Below, one piece after another: positions 13,376 to 26,076 of a DNA stretch of 64,000 nt. A program made the translations under genes and the position numbers. The notes below the pieces were generated by a model, which worked only from the letters and a program-made list of their open reading frames with translations, did not search any database and was not told the DNA's origin. Position 1 is the stretch's first letter; every line of letters starts with the position of its first letter. Origin of the DNA: Euprymna scolopes. Its lineage: Eukaryota. Location: the NCBI GenBank assembly GCA_053919585.1, contig CM132819.1. One strand, given 5' to 3'.

Positions 13376-13538
13376 ATATATATATTCCTCGAGACATAGA
13401 ATGAGGAGATGTATTGTTAATGATTACAATATTTAAAGTTATCACAAGAGGATAAAGCGCTTACTATCGATTCATTTTTAACCTAATGCTTTACAAGTGA
13501 AGCTATAAAATAAAATAAAAACAAGCGAAGGTACTTAC

Positions 13539-14205
13539 TGACACATTCCTTGCCTTCAATACCCTGGAAACCTTGTAAACATTTGCAACCACCAAACGCG
13601 ATGTCCCATGTTCCGTCACTACGGCAAAGGTACGTTGGTTTAGTCTCTTGTATAGCATTGGGCACACATTCGCCCTGTTTCTGCACCAGCGATGAGGGCC
13701 GGTCACCCGTCGGAGTCTCCATGAAAAATGCATAGTTGATGGTGATGTTCGGACATGTCACATAGTAGATACGAACCGACAGCAAAGTGATACAAGCGCC
13801 AGTGTCCTGGAAGGCAAAGTAGACACCCTTGCGCTTAATAGTGACGTGCTTGGTTTCCATGTTGACCACAACATCCGTTGGCTGCACGTAGAGGCTGTCA
13901 GCGGCGATTGTGTCGATCTTCGTGTACACGTGTGGATCCCACGTCGGCATGTGATTGTTGGCAAAGTCGGACTCTGCCTCATAATAATAGAGATTAAACG
14001 TCTCCTTGCATTGCTGTAAGCTGCTCGGGTCGTTGTGTCGGATGCATTTGCGCATCGTGAAGCTCATCTCTATGTGCAGGCTTTTGGCGTCCCCTCGGTC
14101 TATGTAGGGCGTTCGTAACCAGTTGTTTATGTCCATAAAAGTCACATAACATGATGAATAGGCCTGAACTGTCTCACCAAGGTAACTGCTACTACCAAGT
14201 AACCA
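13539..14205 (-). CDS. Eph: Eph receptor tyrosine kinase, internal exon (exon 3 equivalent): most of the ephrin ligand-binding domain plus the Sushi-like Cys-rich region
   Basis: The translation has Eph motifs NNWLRT, FTMRKC, CKETFNLYYYEA, YTKIDTIAAD, GVYFAFQDTGACITLLSVRIYYVTCP, GECVPNA and YLCRSDGTW...GGCKCLQGF. The acceptor is a pyrimidine tract then ...gctgattgcag|TGG (AG at 14207-14206). The donor is GTC A|gtaagt (13538-13533). The exon is 667 nt with phase 0 start and phase 1 end, as in exon 3 of vertebrate Eph genes. Confidence 0.97.
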
Positions 14206-14549
14206 CTGCAATCAGCAGGAATCAGTCAGCCAAGTAAAAGAGAAAAAGGAAAAATAAAAACAGATTAATAAAACATCTTTGGTTGTTAAAACTTAAAAGC
14301 ATTTATCATAAACAGTTTCTTATATTCAAAAATAATAGTAAATTAAAATAGCACTAAACTGGATAAAATGTTAGAAATAATATCCATAATTTGAGCTTTA
14401 TCATTACGAATTAAATATTTACCCGGTATTTATTTATGAAAGAAATATATATTTATTTACAGATGACCCGAATAGCCAATCGATTTTCTCCATCTCTTCG
14501 GTACATCAAACAAGGTTTCAGATTTTTTTAGGGTAAAAATTGGTAATTG

Positions 14550-15005
14550 TTATTTGGATTATTCAGACTACTATTCTCATCTTGGTGACGTTTTTGCCGA
14601 TGTAACCTTCGAACTTCTCCAAGCACATTTTGTCAAACTTTAACATATTTTGTATTAAACTTGAGATTATTTATGTTGAACACTGGCATTTTAAACTGAA
14701 ACGTTCGTTTAATTCATCGAATTTGGATTATTACACAATTCTGGAAACAGTACAAAATTTTGAACTAAATCCTTTATTTAAAATAAATTGATACTTCTAC
14801 CTGGTCACGGCTAACGATATAACATAATAGCGTTTATTCGATAAATGGATCAGCTCAAAATCACGTACATGAAATAAACATTTGTCAGTTGGACTAAAAA
14901 TGTTTCTAGGTTAAAAAAGATGCACCTTGAGAAGGCTGGAGGTTTCATCCACAGAAGATTTGTTAACATACAATTAAGATGAGCATAGTAGTCCAAATAT
15001 TCAAT
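14550..15005. mobile_element. Degenerate repeat with inverted ends, Penelope-like pLTR-type (decayed hammerhead motifs)
   Basis: 14553-14628 (gactactattctcatctt...gatgtaaccttcgaacttctccaag) is homologous to the reverse complement of 14921-15005 (gactactatgctcatctt...gatgaaacctccagccttctcaagg). Related segments lie at 21690-21885 and 54228-54440. Confidence 0.5.
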
Positions 15006-15649
15006 ATAATTGTCTAAAAATACTCGTGTAGCAATCATAATGGTCGTATAGGTGTAGATAATAACAGTTTAGACAATCGTCCACATGGACGTTAGCAAAA
15101 GAAATAGATACAAACAGCAGTATCAAGAAGAAGCCAACAGAAAAGAAACGAAGAGATTAATAGTGCGAACAGGAAGGAGTTAAAAAAACAAACTAGAGTA
15201 GTATATTAAACCTATACGTATATACCACATTGACTGCAGGACTAGTATTATTAAACTGCGATACTATTCAGGAGAGTTGGAGAAAGACAATTATAGTTTA
15301 GAAGGGCCTTCCATAAAAAAAGTTATTTTTGTGAATAAATATAGAATATGTGTATTTTATTAAAAAGAAAAAAAATATTAAGAAATAAAATCACTCAAAT
15401 ATTGGGTGAATAATGTATGGTGACTATGAGGTTCAACTATTTCTGGACTATGTATAGCCGATTCCAAAATTACACCCATTCGGCCATGCGTGCACCATCG
15501 TAACCAGTATGGAAGTCGGAAGTGAGCAGATACAAAGTAAATTGTATGCAAATCCAGTCTATAGTTTGTTTTAGCTAACTTCTTTTCCTAAAAAATGCTT
15601 AATTTTGATTCGCTTGACTTAATTCGTATATCCTTGCATGTTAAGCATA

Positions 15650-15880
15650 AAATGTAATTAGATTGAGTGCCCTCTAAAATATTTTACCTTGACGGGAATC
15701 ATCTTTAAATAATTGCCACGTAAAAAGAGGGGTAACTATTCGTCCACGCATTGTTACACCCCTATAAAAGGGGACGAAAAGATAATTAAAAAAAAAAATT
15801 AAAGATGAAAAAGTTAAAAGAAAAATGCAAACACATGCAATTAATTATATTCCCGGACAATGTCGGAAAAGAACAGCTAG
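15650..15880 (+). mobile_element. Helitron-like element 3' part
   Basis: Ends ccggacaatgtcgg (hairpin) aaaagaacagCTAG|T. Homologous to 6979-7192 in the opposite orientation. Confidence 0.6.
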
Positions 15881-17641
15881 TAATAAACGAGACAGTCGTT
15901 GGTAGACAAAAACATTTAAATTAGATTTCTCTTTACGGTTAGATCACCGTATAATATACTGGTATATACGTATTTATATTTGCTATCATTTAGCTTCGAA
16001 TAGGCAATTTCAGGTGCTATTAACTTTGTACAATTAAGTTATATATAGTCCACCTAGTCAATAGCAGATTGGCACAAATATTGAACAATATTCACCCAAT
16101 TAGAAGTCGACTTTCATAAGTACGTCTGAAAAATCTAACATTTTCCCGCAGGTATATTACGAGAAAATAAATTCCTACTTTTATAAAGACAGGAAATGTT
16201 ATTAAAAATAAGTTGTAAGGAATGCGTGATCTTGTTAAATTAATGATCGGCTCAAATAATAGGACATTCTTTCTGAAAATGAAAGACAAACGGGGCTATA
16301 TATATATAGGCATTCTAATTTTGCAAATATACGAAACTTAAGAGACAAACATATTTCATTACATCGTTGAACAATGTGCAACACAATGGTAATATATAAG
16401 GGGAAATATCAAGAAAAAATAGTGCAAAAGGTGACAACACAGAGAACAAAGGAAAACAAATTGAAATAAAACAGAAATGAATTTCATTTCTCTCTCTTTC
16501 AGAATGCATTATTTAACACCTTTTATATGTTCAAGGCAGAATGAAAATTCTGGAGAAATTATGAGATTTTAAGAACTTGAATGACGTCACAAATCTGAAA
16601 TTTAAAATAAAAATGATGCGATGCAAAGACATAGTACTTGATAAATAATATCATTGAACATAGCATTTAAATTCAAAGAGCGAAAAATTCAAAAGCAGAA
16701 CAGTTAAATTAAAAGTATTTTCAAATCAAAAACATGAAAGACCATTTTGTCACATTTTGTAGTTTGTAATCCATCATCTAAAACGAATCGTTCTGGTCAA
16801 GCGCTGACGGTGACCATCCGGAAAATCTAATCTCGTTAGGTCTCCATGCACTACCATGCTAACTTCATGCACGAATAACTTCATTCAATAATACGCATCT
16901 AGAAACATAAGCTTAGAATCTTGGAAATAAAAAGAAATAAACTCACAACCATTTTTTCTTTTTAAATCTCGGAACCGTTTACATCGTATCAATGAACATA
17001 TACATGAATACATAATAGGACTCGTTTTGTTTGTTGTAGTAATCGTCATTGAAATATTCAATATGTTCAAATACGACACTAATTCCTGGACAAGGGCAGA
17101 TAACCAATAAGTTATGCTGGTTTAATCTTTGGAGATAAATCAAGAAAACAATTGCATTCCGATATTCATACATTGGATATTTTAGTATAGTATTTGACAC
17201 GTGACATGTTAAGCTTTACATTAATGGAATATTGATAATCGGTTTTATTTGTATTAGGGGTGTATATTCTCGGTCAAAAATTATTCTTCGCCAATGTTTG
17301 CAGGGACTTTTATATTATAAAATCTGAATGAGTAATAAAAAATGTGACAAAAGAAAAGTAAAATAGAATCCTTAAAAAATAAAACAAAAAATACACAACG
17401 TATACAATTGTATAGAAAATCGAAAGACAAAATTTGAATAAATTTTGTGTTCTCAGTTTTCATAAATACTTGAAATCGATTCGTTTGGCAGATTTGTTTA
17501 TTCATATGAAAATATGTAATAGTAAATAGTTTTTTTCCTGTACATTTATTTATTGGTCTCTGCGATTCAAACAATACGCTGAGTGTATGGCTATAAAGTA
17601 TCTTACTTTATAAAATAAAACAATGTTTCTTTAAATCTTAG

Positions 17642-17692
<51 letters not shown>

Positions 17693-20189
17693 AATACATA
17701 TTTACTGAATAGATGAAAGCCTTATAAAAGTAAATGAACAGTTAAAATTGTTTAAAAAAAATAAAAACGCAAGATTTAAACTAACAAAAACATCTTCATC
17801 GTGAGACTGTATATTAAACCAAACATTTCCAAGCGATATGAAAATTCCAATTTACCAATATTCGCATGGTCACTACGAGTTATCTCGTAACAAATAACGA
17901 ACGTTTATAAAATCTTATAATTATGTTTTTGCTATACAAGTGTGCTCTTCTTTCTAAAAGCGGCCATTAAAATATACTGGAGAACTCATTTTAACTGAAA
18001 CATGCCAGCCCCAGAAAGGAAAACGAATTCACGAATATGGCATAACTGAAGTCACTAGATGTGGAATCGGAATAATTTACGGTAACGGATTAAATAACGT
18101 TCCGGTTTAAAATGCCCGGCAATTTCTACGCGTAGGAAGTAAACTAATACGAAAAAAGCCAAAAGCAGTGAGAACGATATACATTTTAAATTATTAGCTA
18201 TATATTTTCCCCTAACGATAATATACGAGGTATAGAATGATACTAGGTCACAGGTTAGTATTAAATCCATAAACGCAGGATGAATGGTTAAATTTGAAAA
18301 AACAAAATTTTTAATATTACTGACGAATTGACCGTTGCATTTCCTCTGAAGAATTTTACGAATACTTGAAACCGGTTAAATTAAAAACAGAATAAGAACC
18401 AATTTATAAACGCATCAATGATTGTAATAAACATATTTGGCTGTATTTCTAAACTATCTATTATAGTTGGAAAGCTAATTAAAACGTCACTGTCTATTGT
18501 TTCGGTCTATTAAGATGAAGTGAAAAAGGGAATCGAAATGTTGAAAGCAGACAGCGTCTTTGTCATACCGAGTTACGGTGAAACTATATGTTCAGCTTGA
18601 CTGAGCGGAAGTTATGTCAGTTGGAAGATCTATGGAAATAAGTAAAACTGGTTTGTATTCACGTTGTTCATTACTCCTGCAGAAAACTTGTGTTACAAAA
18701 ATTAGTGAATGACAACATTTTTTTCTATTTCAGCACAGGATTCAATTCAATGAAACTAATATCAATTATTTCAGTTTATAAAGAACAATACATATTAAAA
18801 TCCATGAGTATATATGTATAGTCGATCACTTTCTTGATTGTTGTGAGCGATAGCTTTTGTCCTAAAAAAGCTATTGATTCTGGCTCTTAAGTTCTTTTGT
18901 AGCCGATCTTACAGTAACACAAAATGAAATTCTATTGAATTTATCTCAGAAAAGAGTCGAGATAATTTCTGTGCGGACGATATTTTTAGCAAACTACCTT
19001 TGGAACGCAATTTTTCTGGATTACAGTTATCTAAGCCGATCTCAGTGATTAGTCAAACGGGTCATGTTATTTGTTTTAGTATATATCCAAATATTACAAG
19101 TCTAGTGTAAAAGTCACAATTGTCATTATTCTTTACCATTTCAGCCACACTCGTATGCATATAAACAGTTAAAAGAACGCTGTTTAATCTATACATGCAC
19201 AGAAATGTGTAGAAGGGCAAGGCCCGCCAAGTTTAAATGTTTCAATGTATACCTCTCAGCAACTATTTTCCCGGCAATATACCGAATAAAACGTTACATA
19301 GGAGATTTGAACGTGTAAAACAAATCCCATATATATCAAGTTTCAAGTTTGTAGAAAAAAAGTAAAAAGGGGTTTGGTAGAGACCATTCTTCCTACAGCC
19401 AAACAAAGTTACTTATATATTAATTTAAACGCCTTAGCAGCCCATTTTCTGCAGATTCAAACAAGCTCAATATAATAAATAAATCAACGAATAACTCATT
19501 TTTCTAGTGTATATATAAAATTACGGCATGATCAAATCTAAACACAGGTTCCTGTTATATTAACGAACATTAGAAAACCTGAATCTTTGACACTATCAAA
19601 ATAGATTACTATTTAAGAATATCAGATATGCTCTCCGGATATTTCCAGATTGTTTTCGACAGTCCTGGATTTCTCTTTGCTACTACAATCAAGCAGTACT
19701 GACTCGAGAGAGGAATTGTTGGCTTTGTGGACCCCTGCCTCACGATTACATGCGCAGATACCTTTATAGTTGGTATTCATGTTATGCCAAAACTGAACTG
19801 AGTCATGCCTAGCCATGAAGCAAGAAATCTAGTAGAATAGAGTTCCACATCAGTGAAAATATTGCAAATAGAAAAGGAAAGATAATTGATAGGGGGATTG
19901 CTTTGCTATGATTAGATAGAGTTCATTGTTCTTTTGTAAAATATATATTGAATCTGTCAGCGAGAACGTTGCTGCAAAAAAAAAAAAATGTGGGGTAGGC
20001 CATAAATCAATGGCAATGGTGACTTGTACATGTATACGTAATGTTTGGAAAAAAATTGGAACTGGGCAGACCTAAGTGGACTTAAGTGCCGTTCTACCTA
20101 TCCGCACATACATTTATAGGTTAACCAGCGTTATTTTTTAAATTTTATATACGTATAGACGTCGCTTAGCGATATAGAATTAGGATAGA

Positions 20190-20502
20190 GGGCTATATGC
20201 TTTGGTTTATATTGTTGCTGATGGGACTCAAGTCATTTTTTTAACTTTTAAAATCATTACTATACATTGGGTATAATGTGATAATCAATAGAAAATAGGC
20301 TCTATAATAATAAATTCGAAATCTCCATAAATTACATATCATATTTTAGCGTATTTTTACAAGTGGGACATGATGGAGCGCCACTACTCTACATTGGGTA
20401 CAAAATTAATAGAGGGTTCGCTCTATTATAATAAATACGAATTTTTCATAAATTAAAAAAATTAAGCAGATTTACAACTGAACAACGTCGTCGGTCTGCT
20501 AG
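20190..20502 (+). mobile_element. Degenerate Helitron-like copy (same family as 42044-42524) with an internal ~70 nt duplication
   Basis: Shares atatcatattttagcgtatttt and actttt-aaatc.ttactata.att.ggt with the reverse complement of 42070-42220, and ends ...cggtctgCTAG. Confidence 0.6.
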
Positions 20503-21689
20503 CATATGAATATTTCCTGCTTCACTTATGGATTAATATTAATATTGCGATGTTAGACGTATTGTTTATAATAGACTGTTCCAATCGTTATATTTTCCTT
20601 TCCTCTATTAACAGAGAGAGAGAGAGAGAGAGAGTGGGTGTACGTAGAGAGTGCTAGATAGAATAATCTATCGCCATTGTTGTCTACCGAAGAACATTTA
20701 CACGCATAACTGGGCCAATTGAATAAGGAAACCCGAAAAGTGTCGCGAGTAGGAAGTAGAAATATTACTTTTAGAATTAACACCTGACCTGAAGCAATCC
20801 AACATTGAACTTTTATTTCACGCAATCCTGACCCGACAGAATATGAAACTATTGACACTATTCAGTGGAGACCTTTGTTAGCAACAATGGCTAAAAATAG
20901 GAAGTCATCCATTGAGGCGTTGGCCTTGTGTATTCTGGGGGTCACAACCAAAGGCTTAACTGATCATACAGTCGGATTTGTAGATTACTTGTTGCCCACT
21001 TGCACCTCACGAAATTGCCAAAAAGGAAACTGGGCCAGTAAAATTAGTTTATATAGATCACAACCTTTGACAAATTTCCCCCTCCTTACTCGCATCTATT
21101 CACACGCAAACGCACACACGCAAATATATAATTAGAGAAGACACATACACAAAGACGCTCATTTATATATTGAGTGTATTCAGTGAATCGTTCCCTTTCT
21201 TCAGAAAATAGATTTCCGTTCTGTTTAATTGATTTGTAAATACACCACGATGCTTCAGTGAGCAAGGCTACGATACGCATTTATCTCGCGCGACACTAGA
21301 GATAAATTAACACTTAAAGATATCTCAGTTCAAAAAGCCATTCACCTATTCTCTCTCTCTCTCTCTCTCTCTCTCTGGCTTCCGAAACCAGCCTGTTTTG
21401 TAGATTTACATAAAAATTAAAAGATTTTATATACTACTAAAATTCCGAGGATTTTTTTGTTTGTTTTTTTGTCTTCGTGCACATTGACGCCGAACACATT
21501 AGTTATAACCTCACAAAAAGATGACGTCAATTCTTAAAACAGATTCAATACATTGGAAAGAGATGTGTTAATACGTCATTAATACTGAGGAAACAAAAGG
21601 AATAAAGTCATCTACTAAATCAGAGAACATGGACAAGTTGCGTGTTTTGATCAAATCCGAAGTTCGCATTCAACTTTGCTACTTTGTGT

Positions 21690-21885
21690 TGAGGTGTATC
21701 TTGTCGAATTCGGAAATGTTTCTGTCGAACTCGGGAATATGGACGGAATTTCGAGCGGAACCCTTTATTTACTTCACGGGGGTAGCATGCTCTTGTTTCG
21801 TCAGCCATGACTGAATAGAGGCCCTAAGTAATTTGCAAATGTAGTTTTCGGTCGCCCATACTGAAGATGGAATCTTCAACCGTAA
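21690..21885. mobile_element. Fragment of the same Penelope-like repeat family as 14550-15005
   Basis: gaactcgggaatatggacggaatttcgagcggaaccctttattta resembles 14736-14781. A decayed ctgaagatgg...ccgtaa motif starts at 21861. Confidence 0.35.
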
Positions 21886-22351
21886 GGAGAATATCGATTT
21901 TTCCAAATATTTTAACCATTGCGCCACGGATTCTTGCGGACAATCATGTTAACACACCCTTTCTCGCCAGATCAACGAAGTAACGTTGAGTCTGGCCAGT
22001 ACCAGCTGAGTGACTATTTGGGCAGACAAGGCACTGAATATAACGCGCGAGACATAGACATTTCCAGGTTTGTATATGTGCGCGCATTTTCATTCACCTG
22101 GAGAGATGCACCCCCCAGTCTTCGTTAAGACATGCATCTAAGAGAAGGATACTTCTCATGTAACAAACCTTAGGTCTACTGTATGCTGTTTTGTGGCAGC
22201 CATTGCACCGACAAAGATTAGCAGTTGTACAAAAAATAATAAAAGTATGGCTGGTTTTACATAAAACATTTCCCACTATAACCAAATCATCCGTGTGAAT
22301 TTCCAAACAACTTCTTGTGGCGGGAGATCAGATTGAAATCGACGGACGAGG

Positions 22352-22395
<44 letters not shown>

Positions 22396-25300
22396 ATTTC
22401 TACGAACAGGCAAAAGTAATGAACAATCGACTTAGATAGAGTGCTTTATGCCAACCTCTAGTGTAAATCTAACGTCTAATCTAATAATCGAACGGATGTT
22501 TAATACATAATTCGCTGCGCGTTATCAATATTCATACAATATTTAAACTAGATCTGCTCAGTAGCATCCGATAAAAGGTGGAAAGCAGACAGAAAAGGAG
22601 CAATATGATATATAACTACTACCGATCTAATGGGTCATGGGCTGCTTCATGTAAAAGAATTTTTCCAGACACGCCAAATTTATATATATGGACATGCTGA
22701 CCTATACATTTATATAAATACACGCGCACACACACGTATGCGCGTGCATTTATATTTACAAAAAGGTATAGGGGAGGATGTCCATGTTAATATGTGTACT
22801 CATATTTATGTGCATATATATATATATATATATATTTATTACACACATACATACATATCGTGTACGTATATGTATGTGCTTATTGATATAGCGTACAATT
22901 GCTACTATGCATCGTCCACGAAGGGCAGCTGGGAATGAATTCTATCTAATGTTGCCATTAAACTTTTCAAGGCTGATGTCCACACTTAGAGATCTAAAGA
23001 CTGCCAGACAACTTTTCCTTTTTCATTTTGATTTTTCTAGTTTCTTTTTCAATCTTTTTTCATCTTTCGGTGGATTTTCTTGGCTAATGCAAAAAGGGAA
23101 CAGGATTGCGAGAGGAAGAGATAACAGACGATATCTGATAAGAGGGAATACACCGAGTCGCCATCTTGCAAATGGAAGCGATGAAAAAAGATGTAGATGT
23201 GGGTGGGGTAAGCAAAAGCGGTTTTGCCAAACAAAAAAATGGATTAACTCAAAACACCCACTCGCCTCTCTATTAAACGACATATATAAAGTTATCTGGT
23301 CGGATTTTCAACGTCAGAGCTAAATAATATTTAAGCTGACAAAACGAACAGTTTCCGACTCGTCAGAGTTATATTTATTATTGTTGGATTTGTTCATGTC
23401 TATTACAAGCAAAATAATTACATACTGTGCTACGAATTGACTTAGAACTTAATCTAGTCATGACAGTCTATATCGTGAAACGTTAATATCGAACAAATTA
23501 AACAGGTTAAATAACTTGTACTTGAAAACCAAGAGTTGTTTCCCTTAATTTTATTTACTCTACAATTTAGAAATATGCCAACAAGTAATTACTTCATTAT
23601 TCCGAGCAGAGCTGCATAGGTATAGTTAGTAACATTAAACATGTGTGCGTGCATGTTTTTCTCGGTTTTACATTTAGTGTAACGTTAAAAAAAAACAAAA
23701 AAAAACGGACTGATTGGTTCAAAACAAGACGAGGCAATGTTTTGACTATAAAAACAATACTCTAAAGCAAAGCCACTTTATAATGTTGCATACACACACG
23801 TATGATTACGCAAGCTTACATATATTTCTGGCCAGTACTTTCCAAACAAAGGACAAGAAATATAATCCATTTTGTGTATAAGTATATATTATACATACAC
23901 ACAAGGACATTTTAGTCTGATATTCCTTACGGAAGCGAAATACGAAGTCGTCTCTATACTTCTTTAGCGATAAATATAGTTTATGTTTTACTATATATAC
24001 ACATATATCCAGACACATTTATTTTAAGACATCAGTATAGAGAGCTATCGACAAGTATCCGATGCTAGTTTTATAAAACAATGGCAACTTTTGATGTCCA
24101 TTGGTTTTCTTAAACTCTTGAAATATTTTGATTAGAAACTTCTATTAAAAGTAGTTACGGTGACTTAATTTTGCTTAATTTTGTATGCCTTTCAGCATTG
24201 TCTTTAAGCAAGGTTTATAAAACGAGTAGTGTCATAGGTTATTTTTTTGTCAAGTGTAGTTGAACCCCGTTTCTCTATCTATAAGGAAAAGCCAGGTCAA
24301 CACTAGAAGCGATCAAGTAAAAGATACGTGACTATAAAAGTCAGACTGATGTAATACACTCTACTCTTATTAGTTACATAATTTTCGATAGCGATTGGAA
24401 AACAGACGAACCTACATAGTTCATACATTGCTATTGATTGGTGCAAAAAAAAAAAAAAAAGGAACATAAATGAATATTCTTATCAATCTCTTTGGTGCGT
24501 ACTTTAGTCCATTTTTCATCCAATTTACAATTTTGGCATCTGAACCCAGAGTCAGAGAGTACATTCTTAGTGGCTTGGTCGTAGATTCAGACAGAGAAAT
24601 AAAAAAAAGCATTGCAATGTAGATAACTTGAGATTCCTTTTGTTTCTCCAGTCCATTCGGCAAGTTTGCGCATTCAGACTGCATGCAGTCACCAATGACA
24701 CATTATGTAGACTTTGGGCCAACGTCGTCTTCCATCAAAAGCGCCATGATTAATCCAAAGATGTAAATCTTCGTAAACCCGAGAAAAGCGGAGAGGGGGC
24801 GTAATGAATAAAGAAAATTATTGCATTGGGGTGGGATGTTACGAAATAAAAGTATATATCCAATAGACAATAGTAATGTCAAACACTACTTTTATAGCTA
24901 AGAGAGGGATTTTCTATGGAAGGTCATACAGGATATAAATATGCAGTTGAACGGAGACAGTGAGAGGGATCATTTCTTAAGTGTAGACAGCTTTATAGGA
25001 AAGTGGTTCCAAATGTTACAAAAAGCTTTTTCATTGTAGGCAGTTAAAACTTGCGAATCTCTTTACAGGAATTGAAAATGTAATGTTAGTGTTGAAACAT
25101 CGCAAAATTCCCCCGAACGGAACAGTTTTGCACCACTTTTATGCTCCATTAAAATTAACATAAAGATATGATGAACTAAATCTTGCGTCTAGAATCCTTT
25201 TTTTAATTTCCATCAAAATTCATACGATGATTGTGATACAAGACATGTAAAATATACGGTTTATATTTAAAGAATCTTATGAAATTCAAATGCATGGAAG

Positions 25301-25932
25301 CTTGTTTTCATAAAACTAAATATTCCCTACATTTGGCACTCTTATGCCCGGCAAGTATGCCACAAAATGTATACTACTGGGCTAACGTTAATATTTAAAA
25401 AAAAAAAACCTCACCAACTGCCTGCGATCTTTTTCATATTAATAGTAACAAATACATAGCAACATAAGAGTAATCCTATCAGAAGTTACTAGGAGCGTCT
25501 GTATATCATTCCCAACAGAAATAATAATTGCATCCGTTTCCATTTTATTGTTTCATATGTAAGCAATGCCTACACTAGCTTTCACCCAATTAGTTCTTCA
25601 TTTCACCATCGCTCCTGTTCATTTCTCCCCAGCCAGTGCATCTTATTTTCAGAAAAAATAAAGAACTCCCCATATAGCTTTCTAGCTATGGTCGAATATT
25701 TAGATGCAACCAAACATCTATATGAAAGCCGTTATCGGTCATACACTATCCTGTTTGAGAATTAAATCGAATCACAGTTTACATTAAATCGGATTAAACA
25801 TTTTATGCGTTATCGATTCCCAAGTAAACCGACAAGAAGAATTACATCTTGATTTTTTAATGAATATTACCTATAGTAATAAACTAGTAAGACACTTACT
25901 TTACTTTATATATTATGAATGTACAATGCATA

Positions 25933-26076
25933 CTGTACTTTGGGGTAATTGCGCCAAATCTGCGGGTTATTACGCCAACTAAATAAAGAGCTCTTTATAT
26001 GTGTGGTTGACAAAAGAACACATTTAGCTAGTTGGCGCAATTACCCCGGACTTGGTGCAATTACTCCAAAGTACGG
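25933..26076. mobile_element. Tc1/mariner-pogo-type MITE, 144 bp, ~48-bp TIRs, TA TSD
   Basis: TA|CTGTACTTTGGGGTAATTGCGCCAAATCTGCGGGTTATTACGCCAACT ... AGTTGGCGCAATTACCCCGGACTTGGTGCAATTACTCCAAAGTACGG|TA. Each TIR carries two GGGGTAATTGCGCCAA-like sub-repeats. Confidence 0.8.

Noticed and set aside
1-13400. Search for Eph exon 4 (CP.G.YK...C..CP)
   Set aside because: No matching Cys pattern with splice sites was seen by eye. It probably lies before position 1, or possibly in the gap.
13483-14211. ORF-track start and stop for the Eph ORF
   Set aside because: The start is a TTG inside the acceptor and the tail (KYLRLFLFY...) is intron read-through. The real exon limits are 14205 and 13539.
23330-23370. 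Minus-strand CTGACGA-gtcg-GAAAC string
   Set aside because: Stem II cannot close and stem I is only 2 bp.
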